Source: an uncultured Chloroflexia bacterium | GTDB taxonomy: Bacteria; Chloroflexota; Dehalococcoidia; UBA2979 | Assembly: GCA_963728205.1 (NCBI GenBank) | Contig: CAVSIV010000001.1 | Location: 480,001 to 544,000, forward strand | Reading direction: 5' to 3' | Length of the DNA: 64,000 bases | Shown: one piece after another, positions 19,350-29,205 of the stretch | How positions within the stretch are numbered: position 1 is the stretch's first letter | How the letters are laid out: every line of letters starts with the position of its first letter | Notes under the pieces: generated by a model | What the model was told of the DNA's origin: nothing | Databases searched by the model: none | What the model saw: only the letters and a program-made list of their open reading frames with translations | Position numbers and translations under genes: made by a program

Positions 19350-20231
19350 ATGGACTTGATGCACCTGGTGGACCGGCTCGAAGAGCTGGTGGCCAGCGCC
19401 CAGAAGATGCCGATCGGGAACCGGGCGATCATCGATCGCCGCCGGCTGCTCGACATCATCGACCAGATGCGCATCGCGATCCCCGAGGAGGTGCGCGAGG
19501 CGCAGGCGATGGTGCTGCGCCGCGAAGAGGTGCGCCGCGAGGCCGAGGAGGAGGCGCGCATCGTCGTGGCCCGCGCGGAGGAGCACGCCGCGCAGCTCGT
19601 CGAGGCGCACGAGATCACCGAGGCGGCACGCCGCCGCGCCCAGGAGGTGGCCGCGCAGGCCGAGTCGCGCCTCGAGGAGCGCATCCGCGAGGCGAACGAG
19701 GACATCCAGGCGCGCATCGATCAGTCGCGCCAGCTGGCCCGCCAGCAGATGGAGGCGGCGGACGATTACGCGCGCGAGCTGCTGAGCCGGCTGCACCGCC
19801 AGCTCGAAGCGTTCGTGCGCTCGGTCGACTCCGGCATCCGGCAGCTCGAGCCCGACCGCCCGAATGCCGCCCGGGAAGCGCACGGCGAGGCCGCGACCGC
19901 CGCGGACGCCGCGCCGGAGGGCGACGGCACGCCCAGGTTCGCCGAGGACGCATACCCGCCGCCGCTCGACGACGAGGGCTTCGACGAGGAGTCGTCCGCG
20001 CGCGACGAGGAGCACGAGCGCGAGCCGGTGCCGCTGCGCCAGCGCGCGGCGCGCACCGAGCGGCCGGCCGAGGACGACGAGCTGGAGAACCTGCTGCGTC
20101 GCCACCCCGCCCCGCGCATGCCGGCCGAGAGCGAGTCGGGTCCGCGCGTCATCGACGACTTCGCGAACCCGCAGCTCGACGACGACCCGACGCGCTACGA
20201 GGATGAGGACGACTACCCGCCGGAGTCCTGA
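19350..20231 (+). CDS. Coiled-coil DivIVA/SepIVA-like protein of the rsmD-coaD operon, with acidic disordered tail
   Basis: LVDRLEELV...IPEEVREAQ...ADDYARELL; conserved position after coaD. Confidence 0.7.
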   Translation: MDLMHLVDRLEELVASAQKMPIGNRAIIDRRRLLDIIDQMRIAIPEEVREAQAMVLRREEVRREAEEEARIVVARAEEHAAQLVEAHEITEAARRRAQEVAAQAESRLEERIREANEDIQARIDQSRQLARQQMEAADDYARELLSRLHRQLEAFVRSVDSGIRQLEPDRPNAAREAHGEAATAADAAPEGDGTPRFAEDAYPPPLDDEGFDEESSARDEEHEREPVPLRQRAARTERPAEDDELENLLRRHPAPRMPAESESGPRVIDDFANPQLDDDPTRYEDEDDYPPES

Positions 20232-20288
20232 GCAGCGCTCACCCGTGCACCCGGTCGCCGCGCGCCCCGGACGCCCCTCCCGGCGCGG

Positions 20289-21095
20289 CTAGCGTGCGGC
20301 CCACATCGCGTCCATCTGCACGCGCGCTTCCGCCATCAGCGCCGCCGCGTTGTCGGACGCGAACATCGCCGCGCCGTGCGCGTCGCCGGGGAGGATGCGG
20401 ACGTCCTGCGGCGGCAGGTCGGCGACCGCGTCGAGCTGGCGGATGGAATCGCGCGCCGAGACGTCGCCGTCGGCGGCGACGAGCAGCATCGCCGGCTCGT
20501 GGTCGCGGATCGCCTGGACGGCGTCGAGGCCGCCGAAGCGCGCCGCGGGCGAGATCGCGACTACGCCCGCGATGTCCGGGTCGCCGGAGGCGACGATGAG
20601 CGCGGTCGTCGCGCCCATGCCGGCACCGCAGAGGATGATCGATCGATAGCCGAGGCCGCGGGCGAAGGAGACGGCCGCCTCCGCGTCGGTCACCAGGCCC
20701 TCGCCGGTGCTGCGGCGGCCGTCCGACGCACCGTATCCGCTGAAGTCGAAGGTCAACGCGGAGGCGATGCCGTCCCGCGCGAGGTCGTGTGCGACCGGAA
20801 ACCAGTCGCGCTGATCGCCGTCGTACTCGTGCAGCAGGATCACGAGGCGCGAGCCGCTCGCGGCGAAGAGCCGCCCGTCGAGCGCGCCGCCGGCTGCGGT
20901 GGGGACGCGCTCGCGGGTCGCCGCGGCGTCGGCGGGCGTGCCGGCGCCGGGGGTGGCGGTCGCGGCGGGCTGCCGGCCGCAGGCGGCGAGCGGGAGCAGC
21001 GCGAAGAGCGCCGAGACGACGATCAGCGCGGCCTGCCGATGCCGGCTCGCCCGGCGGGGGTGCATGCGCGACGCGTCGTCGCTCGTCGGCTGCAC
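20289..21095 (-). CDS. Alpha/beta-hydrolase-fold lipoprotein
   Basis: Lipobox LAAC, ILLH, TFDFSGYGAS, CGAGMG (Gly where Ser is expected), DAHGAAM. Confidence 0.75.
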   Translation of the reverse strand: MQPTSDDASRMHPRRASRHRQAALIVVSALFALLPLAACGRQPAATATPGAGTPADAAATRERVPTAAGGALDGRLFAASGSRLVILLHEYDGDQRDWFPVAHDLARDGIASALTFDFSGYGASDGRRSTGEGLVTDAEAAVSFARGLGYRSIILCGAGMGATTALIVASGDPDIAGVVAISPAARFGGLDAVQAIRDHEPAMLLVAADGDVSARDSIRQLDAVADLPPQDVRILPGDAHGAAMFASDNAAALMAEARVQMDAMWAAR

Positions 21096-21111
21096 CCCGT
21101 ATGGCCGGCCG

Positions 21112-23586
21112 CTACTTCACCACGATGTTGAGCAGGCGGCCGGGGACGTAGATCACCCGCGCCACCGCGTGACCGGCGGTCTGCGCCGCGACCTGGGGAT
21201 GCCCCTCCGCCGCGGCACGGGCCGTGCCCTCGTCGGCGTCGGCCGGGATCTCGATGTGCCCCCGGACCTTGCCGTTCACCTGGACGGCGATCGTGACGTT
21301 CGCGCGCCGCGCCAGTGCCTCGTCGAACTCCGGCCACGGCTGGCGGTGCACGGAGTACGGGCGCCCGAGCCGCTCCCACAGCTCCTCGGCGATGTGCGGA
21401 CACGGCGGCGCCAGCATCAGCACGAGCCGCTCGCACGCGTCGCGCCACGCGTCGCCGTCGGCTTCGCCGGCGTCGCGGATGCGCTGCATCGCGTTCGTCA
21501 GCTCCATCATCGCGGCGATCATCGTGTTGAACTGGAACGCCTCGACGTCGCGCGTGACCCTGAGGCCGGTCTCGTGGACCAGCCGGCGCAGCTCCGCCGT
21601 GTCCGGCGCGTCCGGCTTCGCGACCAGCGCCGGCGGGTCGACGACCACGTTCCACACGCGGTTCAGCCAGCGGTAGACGCCGACGATGCCCTCGACGTCG
21701 TACGGCCCGCCCTGGTCCCACGGGCCCAGGAACATCAGGTAGGCGCGGAAGGTGTCGGCGCCCCACTGCGAGACCTGCGAGTCCGGCGCGATCACGTTGC
21801 CGCGCGACTTCGACATGCGGCGGCCGTCCGGGCCCAGGATCTGCCCCTGGCTGTAGTAGCGCGTGAACGGCTCGTCGCCGGGCACGATGCCCAGGTCGCG
21901 CGCGACCTTGTAGAAGAAGCGCGCGTACAGCAGGTGCATCACGGCGTGCTCGGAGCCCCCCGTGTACTGGTCGACCGGCAGCCACGTCTCGGCGGCGTCG
22001 CGCGAGACGGCCCGCTCCGGGTTGTGCGGGTCGGCGTAGCGCATGAAGTACCACGACGAGCACATGAAGGTGTCCATCGTGTCGGTCTCGCGCTTCGCCG
22101 GTTTGCCGCAGCGCGGGCAGGTGGTGTTCACGAAGTCGTCCGACAGCGACAGCGGCGACTGGCCGGTCGGCAGGAACTCGACGTCGTAGGGCAGCTCGAC
22201 GGGCAGCTGATCCTCGGGGACGGCGACGGCGCCGTGCTCGGGGCAGTAGACGATCGGGATCGGCGCGCCCCAGTAGCGCTGGCGCGAGATCAGCCAGTCA
22301 CGCAGACGGTAGTTCACCTTGCGTTCGCCGATGCCCTGCTCCTCCAGCCAGGCGATCGCGCGCTCGATGGCGGCGCCCTTCGAGAGGCCGTCGAGCCACT
22401 CGCTGTTGATGGCGACGCCATCGCCCGTGTATGGCTCGTCGCCCCAGCCGTCGGGCGGCTGGACGGTGCGGATGATCGGCAGGCCGTAGGCCTTCGCGAA
22501 ATCCCAGTCGCGCTGGTCCTCGGCGGGAACGGCCATGATCGCGCCGGTGCCGTACGAGGTCAGCACGTAGTCGGCCAGGTAGATCGGCACGGGCTGCGCG
22601 TTGAACGGGTTGATCGCGTACGCGCCCGTGAAGACCCCGCGCTTGTCCAGCGCGCCCTCCGTCGAGAGGCGCTCGATCTCGGTCTCGTGGCGAACGCGCT
22701 CGACGAACTCGTCGACGGCCATGCGCTGCTCGGGCGTCACGATCTGCTCGACGAGCTCGTGCTCGGGGGCGAGCACGGCGAACGTCATGCCGAACGACGT
22801 ATCCGGGCGCGTGGTGAAGACGCGCAGCCCGAGGTCGTCGTGGCCCTGGATGCGCATCGTGAACTCGGCGCCCTCCGAGCGGCCGATCCAGTTGCGCTGC
22901 ATCAGCTTCACGTGGTCGGGCCACTCCAGCGCTTCGTTCGCCAGCAGCTCCTCCGCGTAGTTCGTGATGCGGAAGAACCACTGCTCCATGTCGCGCGTCT
23001 CGACCAGCGTGTCGCAGCGCTCGCAGCGGCCGTTGACGACCTGCTCGTTGGCCAGCGTGGTGTTGCACGACGGGCAGAAGTTCGCCGGCGCGCGCCTGCG
23101 GTAGGCCAGCCCGCGCTCGAAGAACTGCGTGAACCACCACTGGGTCCAGCGGTAGTACTCGGGGGCGCTGGTGTTGACCTCGCGCTCCCAGTCGAACATC
23201 GCGCCCGTCGACTTCAGCTGGCTGCGCATGCGGTCGATGTTGGCGTTCGTCCAGTCGCGCGGGTGCGCGCCGCCCTTGATCGCGGCGTTCTCGGCGGGCA
23301 GGCCGAAGGCGTCGAAGCCGATCGGGAAGAGCACGTTGTAGCCGCGCATGCGGTAGTAGCGCGACAGGGTGTCGGACGGCGTCATCGCGAACCAGTGGCC
23401 GACGTGCAGGTCGCCCGACGTGTACGGGAACATGGTCAGGTGGTAGCGGTTGGGCCGTCCCTCGACGTGATCGGGGGTGCGATAGAGGTTGTCGGCCTCC
23501 CAGCGCTGTTGCCAGCGGGTCTCGATCGCGTCGGGCGCGTACCGGTCGGCGCCGGTCGTGGACTCGGTGGTGGATTCGGCAGTCAT
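21112..23586 (-). CDS. leuS: Leucine--tRNA ligase
   Basis: MFPYTSG.LHVGH, GFDAFGLPAENAA, QRNWIG.SEG, SRQRYWG, RMSKS. Confidence 0.98.
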   Translation of the reverse strand: MTAESTTESTTGADRYAPDAIETRWQQRWEADNLYRTPDHVEGRPNRYHLTMFPYTSGDLHVGHWFAMTPSDTLSRYYRMRGYNVLFPIGFDAFGLPAENAAIKGGAHPRDWTNANIDRMRSQLKSTGAMFDWEREVNTSAPEYYRWTQWWFTQFFERGLAYRRRAPANFCPSCNTTLANEQVVNGRCERCDTLVETRDMEQWFFRITNYAEELLANEALEWPDHVKLMQRNWIGRSEGAEFTMRIQGHDDLGLRVFTTRPDTSFGMTFAVLAPEHELVEQIVTPEQRMAVDEFVERVRHETEIERLSTEGALDKRGVFTGAYAINPFNAQPVPIYLADYVLTSYGTGAIMAVPAEDQRDWDFAKAYGLPIIRTVQPPDGWGDEPYTGDGVAINSEWLDGLSKGAAIERAIAWLEEQGIGERKVNYRLRDWLISRQRYWGAPIPIVYCPEHGAVAVPEDQLPVELPYDVEFLPTGQSPLSLSDDFVNTTCPRCGKPAKRETDTMDTFMCSSWYFMRYADPHNPERAVSRDAAETWLPVDQYTGGSEHAVMHLLYARFFYKVARDLGIVPGDEPFTRYYSQGQILGPDGRRMSKSRGNVIAPDSQVSQWGADTFRAYLMFLGPWDQGGPYDVEGIVGVYRWLNRVWNVVVDPPALVAKPDAPDTAELRRLVHETGLRVTRDVEAFQFNTMIAAMMELTNAMQRIRDAGEADGDAWRDACERLVLMLAPPCPHIAEELWERLGRPYSVHRQPWPEFDEALARRANVTIAVQVNGKVRGHIEIPADADEGTARAAAEGHPQVAAQTAGHAVARVIYVPGRLLNIVVK

Positions 23587-23716
23587 CGCTCTCGTCTTCC
23601 CGGGTGGCGCGCCGCGCGGGCATGCCCTGCGGTGAACCGGCGGGCGCGCGCTGAGTGTACGTGAGGCACCCGCCACGCGGGCGCGGGCGATCCTCCCGGC
23701 AGACCGGGCGGATCGC

Positions 23717-23800
23717 CTAGGTAAGGACGAGGAGCGTTCGCGCCGGCCGGGGGCCGGCGACGCGGGGGAGGTGCGCGGTGAACGGACGTATCGCGTTCAT
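23717..23800 (-). CDS. Putative leuS leader peptide (27 aa, ends LLVLT)
   Basis: MNAIRPFTAHLPRVAGPRPARTLLVLT*; followed by hairpin GGCGATCC-GCCCGG-TCTG-CCGGGA-GGATCGCC; 130 nt upstream of leuS. Confidence 0.45.
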   Translation of the reverse strand: MNAIRPFTAHLPRVAGPRPARTLLVLT

Positions 23801-23926
23801 GGAGTGCCAGTATCCCGGTGGGTGCGAGAGGGCGTCAACCGAACGCGAGGCGAGGCGCGGGGACGGGTGCTCCGGGCGGTCTGGAGGAGCGCGGAAGGTG
23901 CGTGGAGCGGGCCCGCGGGGCGCGCC

Positions 23927-24103
23927 CTAGAAGGCGACCAGGATGAGGACGACGAGCAGCGGAACGCCCAGGGACACGACGAGCAGCAGGGTGCGGGCCT
24001 GGCGCAGGCGCGCCTCCGGGGAGCGGGTGACGAGCGTGCGCCGCGCCTGCCAGAGCGTGGCGACGACGTACAGCACGAAGAGCGCGACGAGGATCGGGAT
24101 CAT
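23927..24103 (-). CDS. 58-aa two-TM small protein (not in ORF track)
   Basis: MIPILVALFVLYVVATLWQARRTLVTRSPEARLRQARTLLLVVSLGVPLLVVLILVAF*; -10 TATCAT 8 nt before ATG. Confidence 0.7.
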   Translation of the reverse strand: MIPILVALFVLYVVATLWQARRTLVTRSPEARLRQARTLLLVVSLGVPLLVVLILVAF

Positions 24104-24220
24104 CGCCCGGGATGATAGCCGCGCCCGCGGTCACGGGGGAGCGGTTCCCGGCTCCCCGGCGTGCGCACGGTCGCGAGGCATGGCACCCTCAATCGGCGCG
24201 GCGGCGGAAGGCGGGGCAGC

Positions 24221-25414
24221 GTGGTCGAGGTCGGTGGCGGCGGCGGGGCGGACCGCGACGCCGCGGTCGTGGTGGTGGGCGCCGGCGTGGTGGGCCTCGC
24301 GGTCGCGGCGCGCCTCGCCGAGCGCCACAGCGTGATCGTCCTCGAGCGGAACGACTCCTTCGCGCGCGAGACCAGTTCGCACAACACCGGCATCGTGCAC
24401 GCCGGCATGTTCTACGTGACCGGCTCGCTGAAGCACCGGCTCTGCCTCGAGGGCAACCGGCTGATGTACGCGTGGTGCGAGGCGCACTCGGTGCGCTGCG
24501 AGCGCACCGGCAAGCTGATCGTGGCGCTCTCCGCCGACGACCTCGGCGGGCTCGACGCGCTCATGGACCGCGCCGAGCGCAACGGCGTCCCGGGGATGTC
24601 GCGGCTCGACGGCGCGCGGGCGCGCGCGATGGAGCCGGCGATCCCCGCGGTCGCCGCGCTGTACTCGGAGACGTCGGGCGTGGTCGACCAGTGGGGGTAC
24701 GCGCGCTCGCTGGAGGCGGCGGCACGCGCGCACGGCGCGCTCGTCGCGTACCGCCACGCGCTGCGCGCGGTCGAGCGGGACGGCGACGGCTTTCGCCTGC
24801 GCCTCGCGGACCCGGACGGCGCGGACGCCGAGCTGCGCTGCGGCGTGCTGGTCAACGCCGCCGGCCACGGCGCGCCGGGGGTGGCGGCGGCGCTCGGCTA
24901 CCCGCTCGACGGCAATCGCGCGCGCGACGTGCCGCCGCTGCGGCAGCGCGCGAACAAGGGCCGCTACTACGACTTCGCGCGTCCGGAGCTCGCACGGGTG
25001 GTGTCGCGGCCGGTCTACCCAATCCCGCCGCAGGCGAAGACGGTGCTCGGCCACCAGGCGTCGGCCGGCGGGCTGGGCATGCACCTCAGCGTCGACATCG
25101 ACGGGGTCGCGCACCTCGGTCCCGACACCGAGTGGCTCGCCGACGACGCGCCGCGCGACTACCGCGCCGACGACACGCGCCGCGCGTCGTTCGTCGAGGC
25201 GGGGCGGCGGATGCTGCCGGACCTCGCACCCGACGACCTCGTGCCGGGGCAGGTGGGGTACCGGCCGAAGCTCGTCGGCGATCCCGGCAGCGACGCACCG
25301 CCGGACTTCCTGATCTGGCCGGACCGCGGGTACGTGCACCTGGGCGGCATCGAGTCGCCCGGGCTCACGTCGAGCCTCGCGATCGCGCGCGATGTGAGCG
25401 ACATCGTCGGCTGA
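24221..25414 (+). CDS. FAD-dependent oxidoreductase (L-2-hydroxyglutarate oxidase-like)
   Basis: VVVVGAGVVG, ETSSHNTGIVHAG, GPDTEW, GYRPKL, GIESPGLTSS; start approximate. Confidence 0.85.
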   Translation: MVEVGGGGGADRDAAVVVVGAGVVGLAVAARLAERHSVIVLERNDSFARETSSHNTGIVHAGMFYVTGSLKHRLCLEGNRLMYAWCEAHSVRCERTGKLIVALSADDLGGLDALMDRAERNGVPGMSRLDGARARAMEPAIPAVAALYSETSGVVDQWGYARSLEAAARAHGALVAYRHALRAVERDGDGFRLRLADPDGADAELRCGVLVNAAGHGAPGVAAALGYPLDGNRARDVPPLRQRANKGRYYDFARPELARVVSRPVYPIPPQAKTVLGHQASAGGLGMHLSVDIDGVAHLGPDTEWLADDAPRDYRADDTRRASFVEAGRRMLPDLAPDDLVPGQVGYRPKLVGDPGSDAPPDFLIWPDRGYVHLGGIESPGLTSSLAIARDVSDIVG

Positions 25415-25444
25415 GGGCGTGGTGCCGCCCGGTGGTTCGCGCGC

Positions 25445-26636
25445 CTATGACGCGCGGACGGCGGCGGCGAGCGCGCCGGCGAGGTCGCCGCGAGGCTCGA
25501 TCGCCACGTGTTCGAGCGCGAGCCAGTCGGCCATCGCGCGCAACTCGCCGGCGAGCGCGGCCGCGACGGCGTCGCCGGCCTCGCCGGGCTCCGCGTGCGC
25601 GCCGCGCACGCGGAGCGCGCCGGCCGCGCGGTCGGCCTTGAGGTCGACGCGGGCGGCGAGCCGCTCGTCGAACACGAACGGCAGCACGTAGTAGCCGAAG
25701 CGGCGCTGCGGTCCGGGCGTGTAGATCTCGATGCGGTAGTGGAAGTCGAAGAGCCGCTCGACGCGCTGGCGGCTCCACATCAGCGGGTCGAACGGGGCGA
25801 CGAGCGCGCTCGCCGAGATGCGGCGCGGCAGGCGCGCGCCGGCGTGCAGATAGGCGCGTTCGCGCCAGCCCTCGACGCGCACCGGCAGCAGCCGGCCGTC
25901 GGCGACCAGCCCGGGGAGCGCCGCGCGCACGTCCGACTGCAGCAGTCCGTAGTACTCGCTGAGAATCGCGGACGGTGGCGACGCCGCAGGCGCGTGCCGC
26001 CTGGAGCACGAGCGCGCGCTGCGCCTCGCGCGCGGGAGGCGGCTCCGCGTAGAGGACGTCGTGCGGGATGACGCGCTCCGGGACGTCGTAGACGCGCGTG
26101 AAGTTCGGCCGGCTGTGCGCCGCGACGTGGCCGGCGTCGAACAACGCCTCGAGCGCCTGCTTGCCTCGGCTGTACCCCCACCACGGGCCGCTGCGCGCGC
26201 CGGGATCGGAGAGCGCCGACGCGGGGAGAGGGCCGTGCGCGCGCACCTCGGAGAGCACTGACGCGACATAATCACTCTCGCGTGCGGCCCAGCGCTTCCA
26301 CCGGCGCTCGGCGCGCTGCGCCATGCGATGGCGGAAGAGCGGGTAGAGGTGCATCGGGATGAGGCAGGCGGCGTGGCCCCAGTACTCGAAGAGCTCGCGC
26401 CGGCGATAGGCGAGGTCGTCGAGCAGCGCGGCCGGGTACGGCCCGAGGCGAGAGAAGAACGGTAGGTAGTGGGCCCGCGCGAGCACGTTCACGGAGTCCA
26501 TCTGGATGAGGCCGAGCCGGTCGACGACGCGCCGCAGGTGGCGGGCGTCGACGCGCCCGCGTGGGCGCGGCTCGGCGAAGCCCTGCGCGGCGAGGGCGAT
26601 GCGGCGCGCCTCGGCGATCGAGAGGTCGGTCTTCAC
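25445..26636 (-). pseudogene. YcaQ-like (HTH_42, QxD) interstrand-crosslink glycosylase, frameshifted near 25964
   Basis: LIQMDSVNV, FEYWGHAA in one frame; APFDPL, YRIEIYTP..RRFGYYVLP in another; one extra T (GATTCTC for GATCTC); may be a sequencing error. Confidence 0.85.
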
Positions 26637-26688
26637 GCGCGTGAGCCTAGCGCGCCGGGCGGCCCGCCGGGCAGGCCCGGGCGCCGCG

Positions 26689-27132
26689 TCAGCTCCCGGC
26701 GGGGCCGCCGGGGAGATAGTGCGTGGTGGTCACGGCGGCGACGAGGGCGCCCGCCTCGTCGCGGACCTTCGTCTCGACGACGGCCGTGGTGCGGCCGACA
26801 TGCAGCGGCACGGACTCGGCGCGCAGGGTGGTGTCGCGTCGGGCGCGCATCACGTTGCCGCTGACCTGGATGCCGAGCGGGAAGCGGGCGGGGTCGAGCG
26901 CGTCAGGGTCGAGGCCGTCGCGCTCGGCGAGCGCCGACCGGAGCAGGTTCGTGGCGGCCGAGTCGGCGAGCGCGAGGATCGCGCCGGCGTGGAAGAGGCC
27001 GAGCGGCTGGGTAGCGGCGGCCGAGTAGGGCATCTCGATCACGCACCGCCCGGCGCTGCGCTCGACGACGCGCAGGCCGAGCGTGGTCAGGAGGTTGTCG
27101 GGCGGGCTCGCCCCGCCGTTCGGCTCGGTCAT
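26689..27132 (-). CDS. PaaI-family thioesterase
   Basis: QPLGLFHAGAILALAD, LHVGRTT.VVE. Confidence 0.88.
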   Translation of the reverse strand: MTEPNGGASPPDNLLTTLGLRVVERSAGRCVIEMPYSAAATQPLGLFHAGAILALADSAATNLLRSALAERDGLDPDALDPARFPLGIQVSGNVMRARRDTTLRAESVPLHVGRTTAVVETKVRDEAGALVAAVTTTHYLPGGPAGS

Positions 27133-28745
27133 GCGCTGCCTCCATCCGCGCCGTCGACACCGGCGAGTGCTGCCACCGGGGCTGCCCCCGGCACGGCCGC
27201 GACGGCGGCGGTCTCCACCGCGTGCGCCCCCGCCTCGGCCTCCACGCCCGTCTCCGCCGCGCGGGGGCGGATGAAGAACGACGCGCCCGCGGCGATGAGG
27301 GCCATCAGCGACATCGCCTTCGCGATCGCGATGAATCCGTCCAGGATGCCCTGCTGCACCACCGCGTGCGCGGCGCCCGGCGCGGCGTTGACGAAGTGGG
27401 CGGCCGCCTCGAGGACGGCCGGCGTCGCCGCCCCGCCCGACGCGGCGGCCAGCTGCGGCGCGAGCGTGCCCTGCACGTGCTGCGCGTACACCGCCCCGAG
27501 CACCGTGACGCCGACCGCCGTGCCCACCTGGCGCGCCATCGTCAGCGTGCCCGACGCCAGCCCCGACCGCGCCTGCGGCACGGCGTGCATCACGGCGAAC
27601 GAGCTGGCCGACATGAACAGCCCGATGCCCAGGCCGCGCGCCACGTACGCCGGCAGCAGGCCGTCGAGGTAGCCGCTCGCCGTCGTGAGCCGCAGCAGCA
27701 GCAGCGCGGATGCCACCACCGACGCCGCGGCGAACATCAGCAGCAGGTGGATGCGGTGGCCGAGCCGCTGGCCGAGCACGCCGGAGACCGGCATCAGCAC
27801 CGCGACGAGCGCCGTCGCCGGGAGGAACGCGAGTCCGCCCTCGAGCGGCGAGAAGCCCCAGTAGTTCTGCATGAACAGGCTGCCGAACGGCTGCATGCCG
27901 AACACGGTCGCGGAGAACAGGAACGCGGCGAGCGACGCGGCGACGAACGTGCGGTTGCGGAACAGCGTGAGGTCGACGAGCGGAGCGGCGACGCGTCGCT
28001 CGACCTGGACGAACGTCGCGATCAGCGCCGCGCCCGCGGCGAGCGCGATCAGGGTCGCGGGCGCCGTCCAGCCGAGCTCGCTGCCGCGCGTGATCGCGAA
28101 GAGCACGAGGAACAGGCCGAGTGAGAGGGTGGCGAATCCAGCCCAGTCGATGCGGCGAGAGGCGGTCTCGTCGCGCGTCTCGGGCACCCACAGCGCCGTC
28201 ATCGCGATCGCGATCAGGCCGACCGGGACGTTGACGAGGAACACGAGCCGCCACGCGCCGAGCTGCACGAGCAGTCCGCCCAGCAGCGGGCCGGCGATCA
28301 GGCCGAGCCCGGACACGCCGCCCCAGATCCCGATCGCCAGGCCGTGCTCTCGCGGGGGGAACGCGTGGGTGATGATCGAGAGCGTGCCGGGCATCATCAC
28401 GGCCGCGCCGGCGCCCTGGAGCACGCGCGCGGCGATCAGCCACTCGACCGACGGCGCGAGACCGGACGCGAGCGACGAGCCGATGAACACCACGAGCCCG
28501 ACGAGGTAGACCCGTCGCCGCCCGAGGATGTCGCCGAGCCGGCCCATCGCGATCGGCATCACGCCGAGCACGAGCACATACGCCGAGACCACCCACTCGA
28601 CGAGCCCGAGCCCCGCGTGGAAGTCGCGCGCGATGGTCGGGAGCGCGACGTTCACCACGAACGTGTCGATCATCAGCATCGCCAGGCCGACGCACATCGC
28701 GGCGAGCACGCGCCACTTCCGAGCACGGGGGGCGGTCGTGGCCAT
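27129..28745 (-). CDS. DHA2-family MFS efflux transporter
   Basis: VVNVALPTI, GRLGDILGRRR, motif C GPLLGG, RQVG; many TM segments. Confidence 0.92.
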   Translation of the reverse strand: MATTAPRARKWRVLAAMCVGLAMLMIDTFVVNVALPTIARDFHAGLGLVEWVVSAYVLVLGVMPIAMGRLGDILGRRRVYLVGLVVFIGSSLASGLAPSVEWLIAARVLQGAGAAVMMPGTLSIITHAFPPREHGLAIGIWGGVSGLGLIAGPLLGGLLVQLGAWRLVFLVNVPVGLIAIAMTALWVPETRDETASRRIDWAGFATLSLGLFLVLFAITRGSELGWTAPATLIALAAGAALIATFVQVERRVAAPLVDLTLFRNRTFVAASLAAFLFSATVFGMQPFGSLFMQNYWGFSPLEGGLAFLPATALVAVLMPVSGVLGQRLGHRIHLLLMFAAASVVASALLLLRLTTASGYLDGLLPAYVARGLGIGLFMSASSFAVMHAVPQARSGLASGTLTMARQVGTAVGVTVLGAVYAQHVQGTLAPQLAAASGGAATPAVLEAAAHFVNAAPGAAHAVVQQGILDGFIAIAKAMSLMALIAAGASFFIRPRAAETGVEAEAGAHAVETAAVAAVPGAAPVAALAGVDGADGGSA

Positions 28746-28773
28746 CGGAGCCTGCCTTCGCTATGCGAGCCGC

Positions 28774-28817
28774 AAGTGACTTAAATAAGTGATAGTCACT
28801 ACTTGGCGACAAGTCAA
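28774..28817. promoter_or_regulatory. Putative HxlR-family operator / divergent promoter region
   Basis: AT-rich patch with inverted repeats AGTGACT...AGTCACT and ACTT-N-AAGT; TTGACT on the minus strand. Confidence 0.55.
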
Positions 28818-28838
28818 CCGCGTGGGTATGCTCGGCTC

Positions 28839-29198
28839 ATGGCGCGCACCTACCAGAAGCAGCAGGCGTGTCCGATCGCGCGGTCGCTCGACATCATCGG
28901 AGAGCGCTGGACGATGCTCGTCGTGCGCGACCTGCTGCGCGGGCACAGGCGGTTCAACGAACTGCTCGAGTCGCTCACCGGGATCTCGCCGAACCTGCTG
29001 TCGGACCGGCTGAAGACGCTCGAGGAGCACGGGATCGTCGAGCGGTCCTTTTACAGCGACCACCCGCCGCGCGCGGAGTACCAGCTCACCGAGAAGGGGC
29101 AGGCGCTCGGCCCGGCGATGCGCGCGCTCTTCGACTGGGGTGAGCGCTACGAGCCCCGCGCCACACATGCCGCCGCACGGAGCACGCCCGAGTCCTGA
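28839..29198 (+). CDS. HxlR-family winged-helix regulator
   Basis: CPIARSLDIIGERWT, RRFNEL, PPRAEYQLTEKG; -10 TATGCT 6 nt before ATG. Confidence 0.92.
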   Translation: MARTYQKQQACPIARSLDIIGERWTMLVVRDLLRGHRRFNELLESLTGISPNLLSDRLKTLEEHGIVERSFYSDHPPRAEYQLTEKGQALGPAMRALFDWGERYEPRATHAAARSTPES

Positions 29199-29205
29199 GC
29201 GCGCC

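Noticed and set aside
23587-23720. T-box riboswitch before leuS
   Set aside because: A GGGTGG-like stretch is on the wrong strand; no specifier stem or terminator is recognisable.
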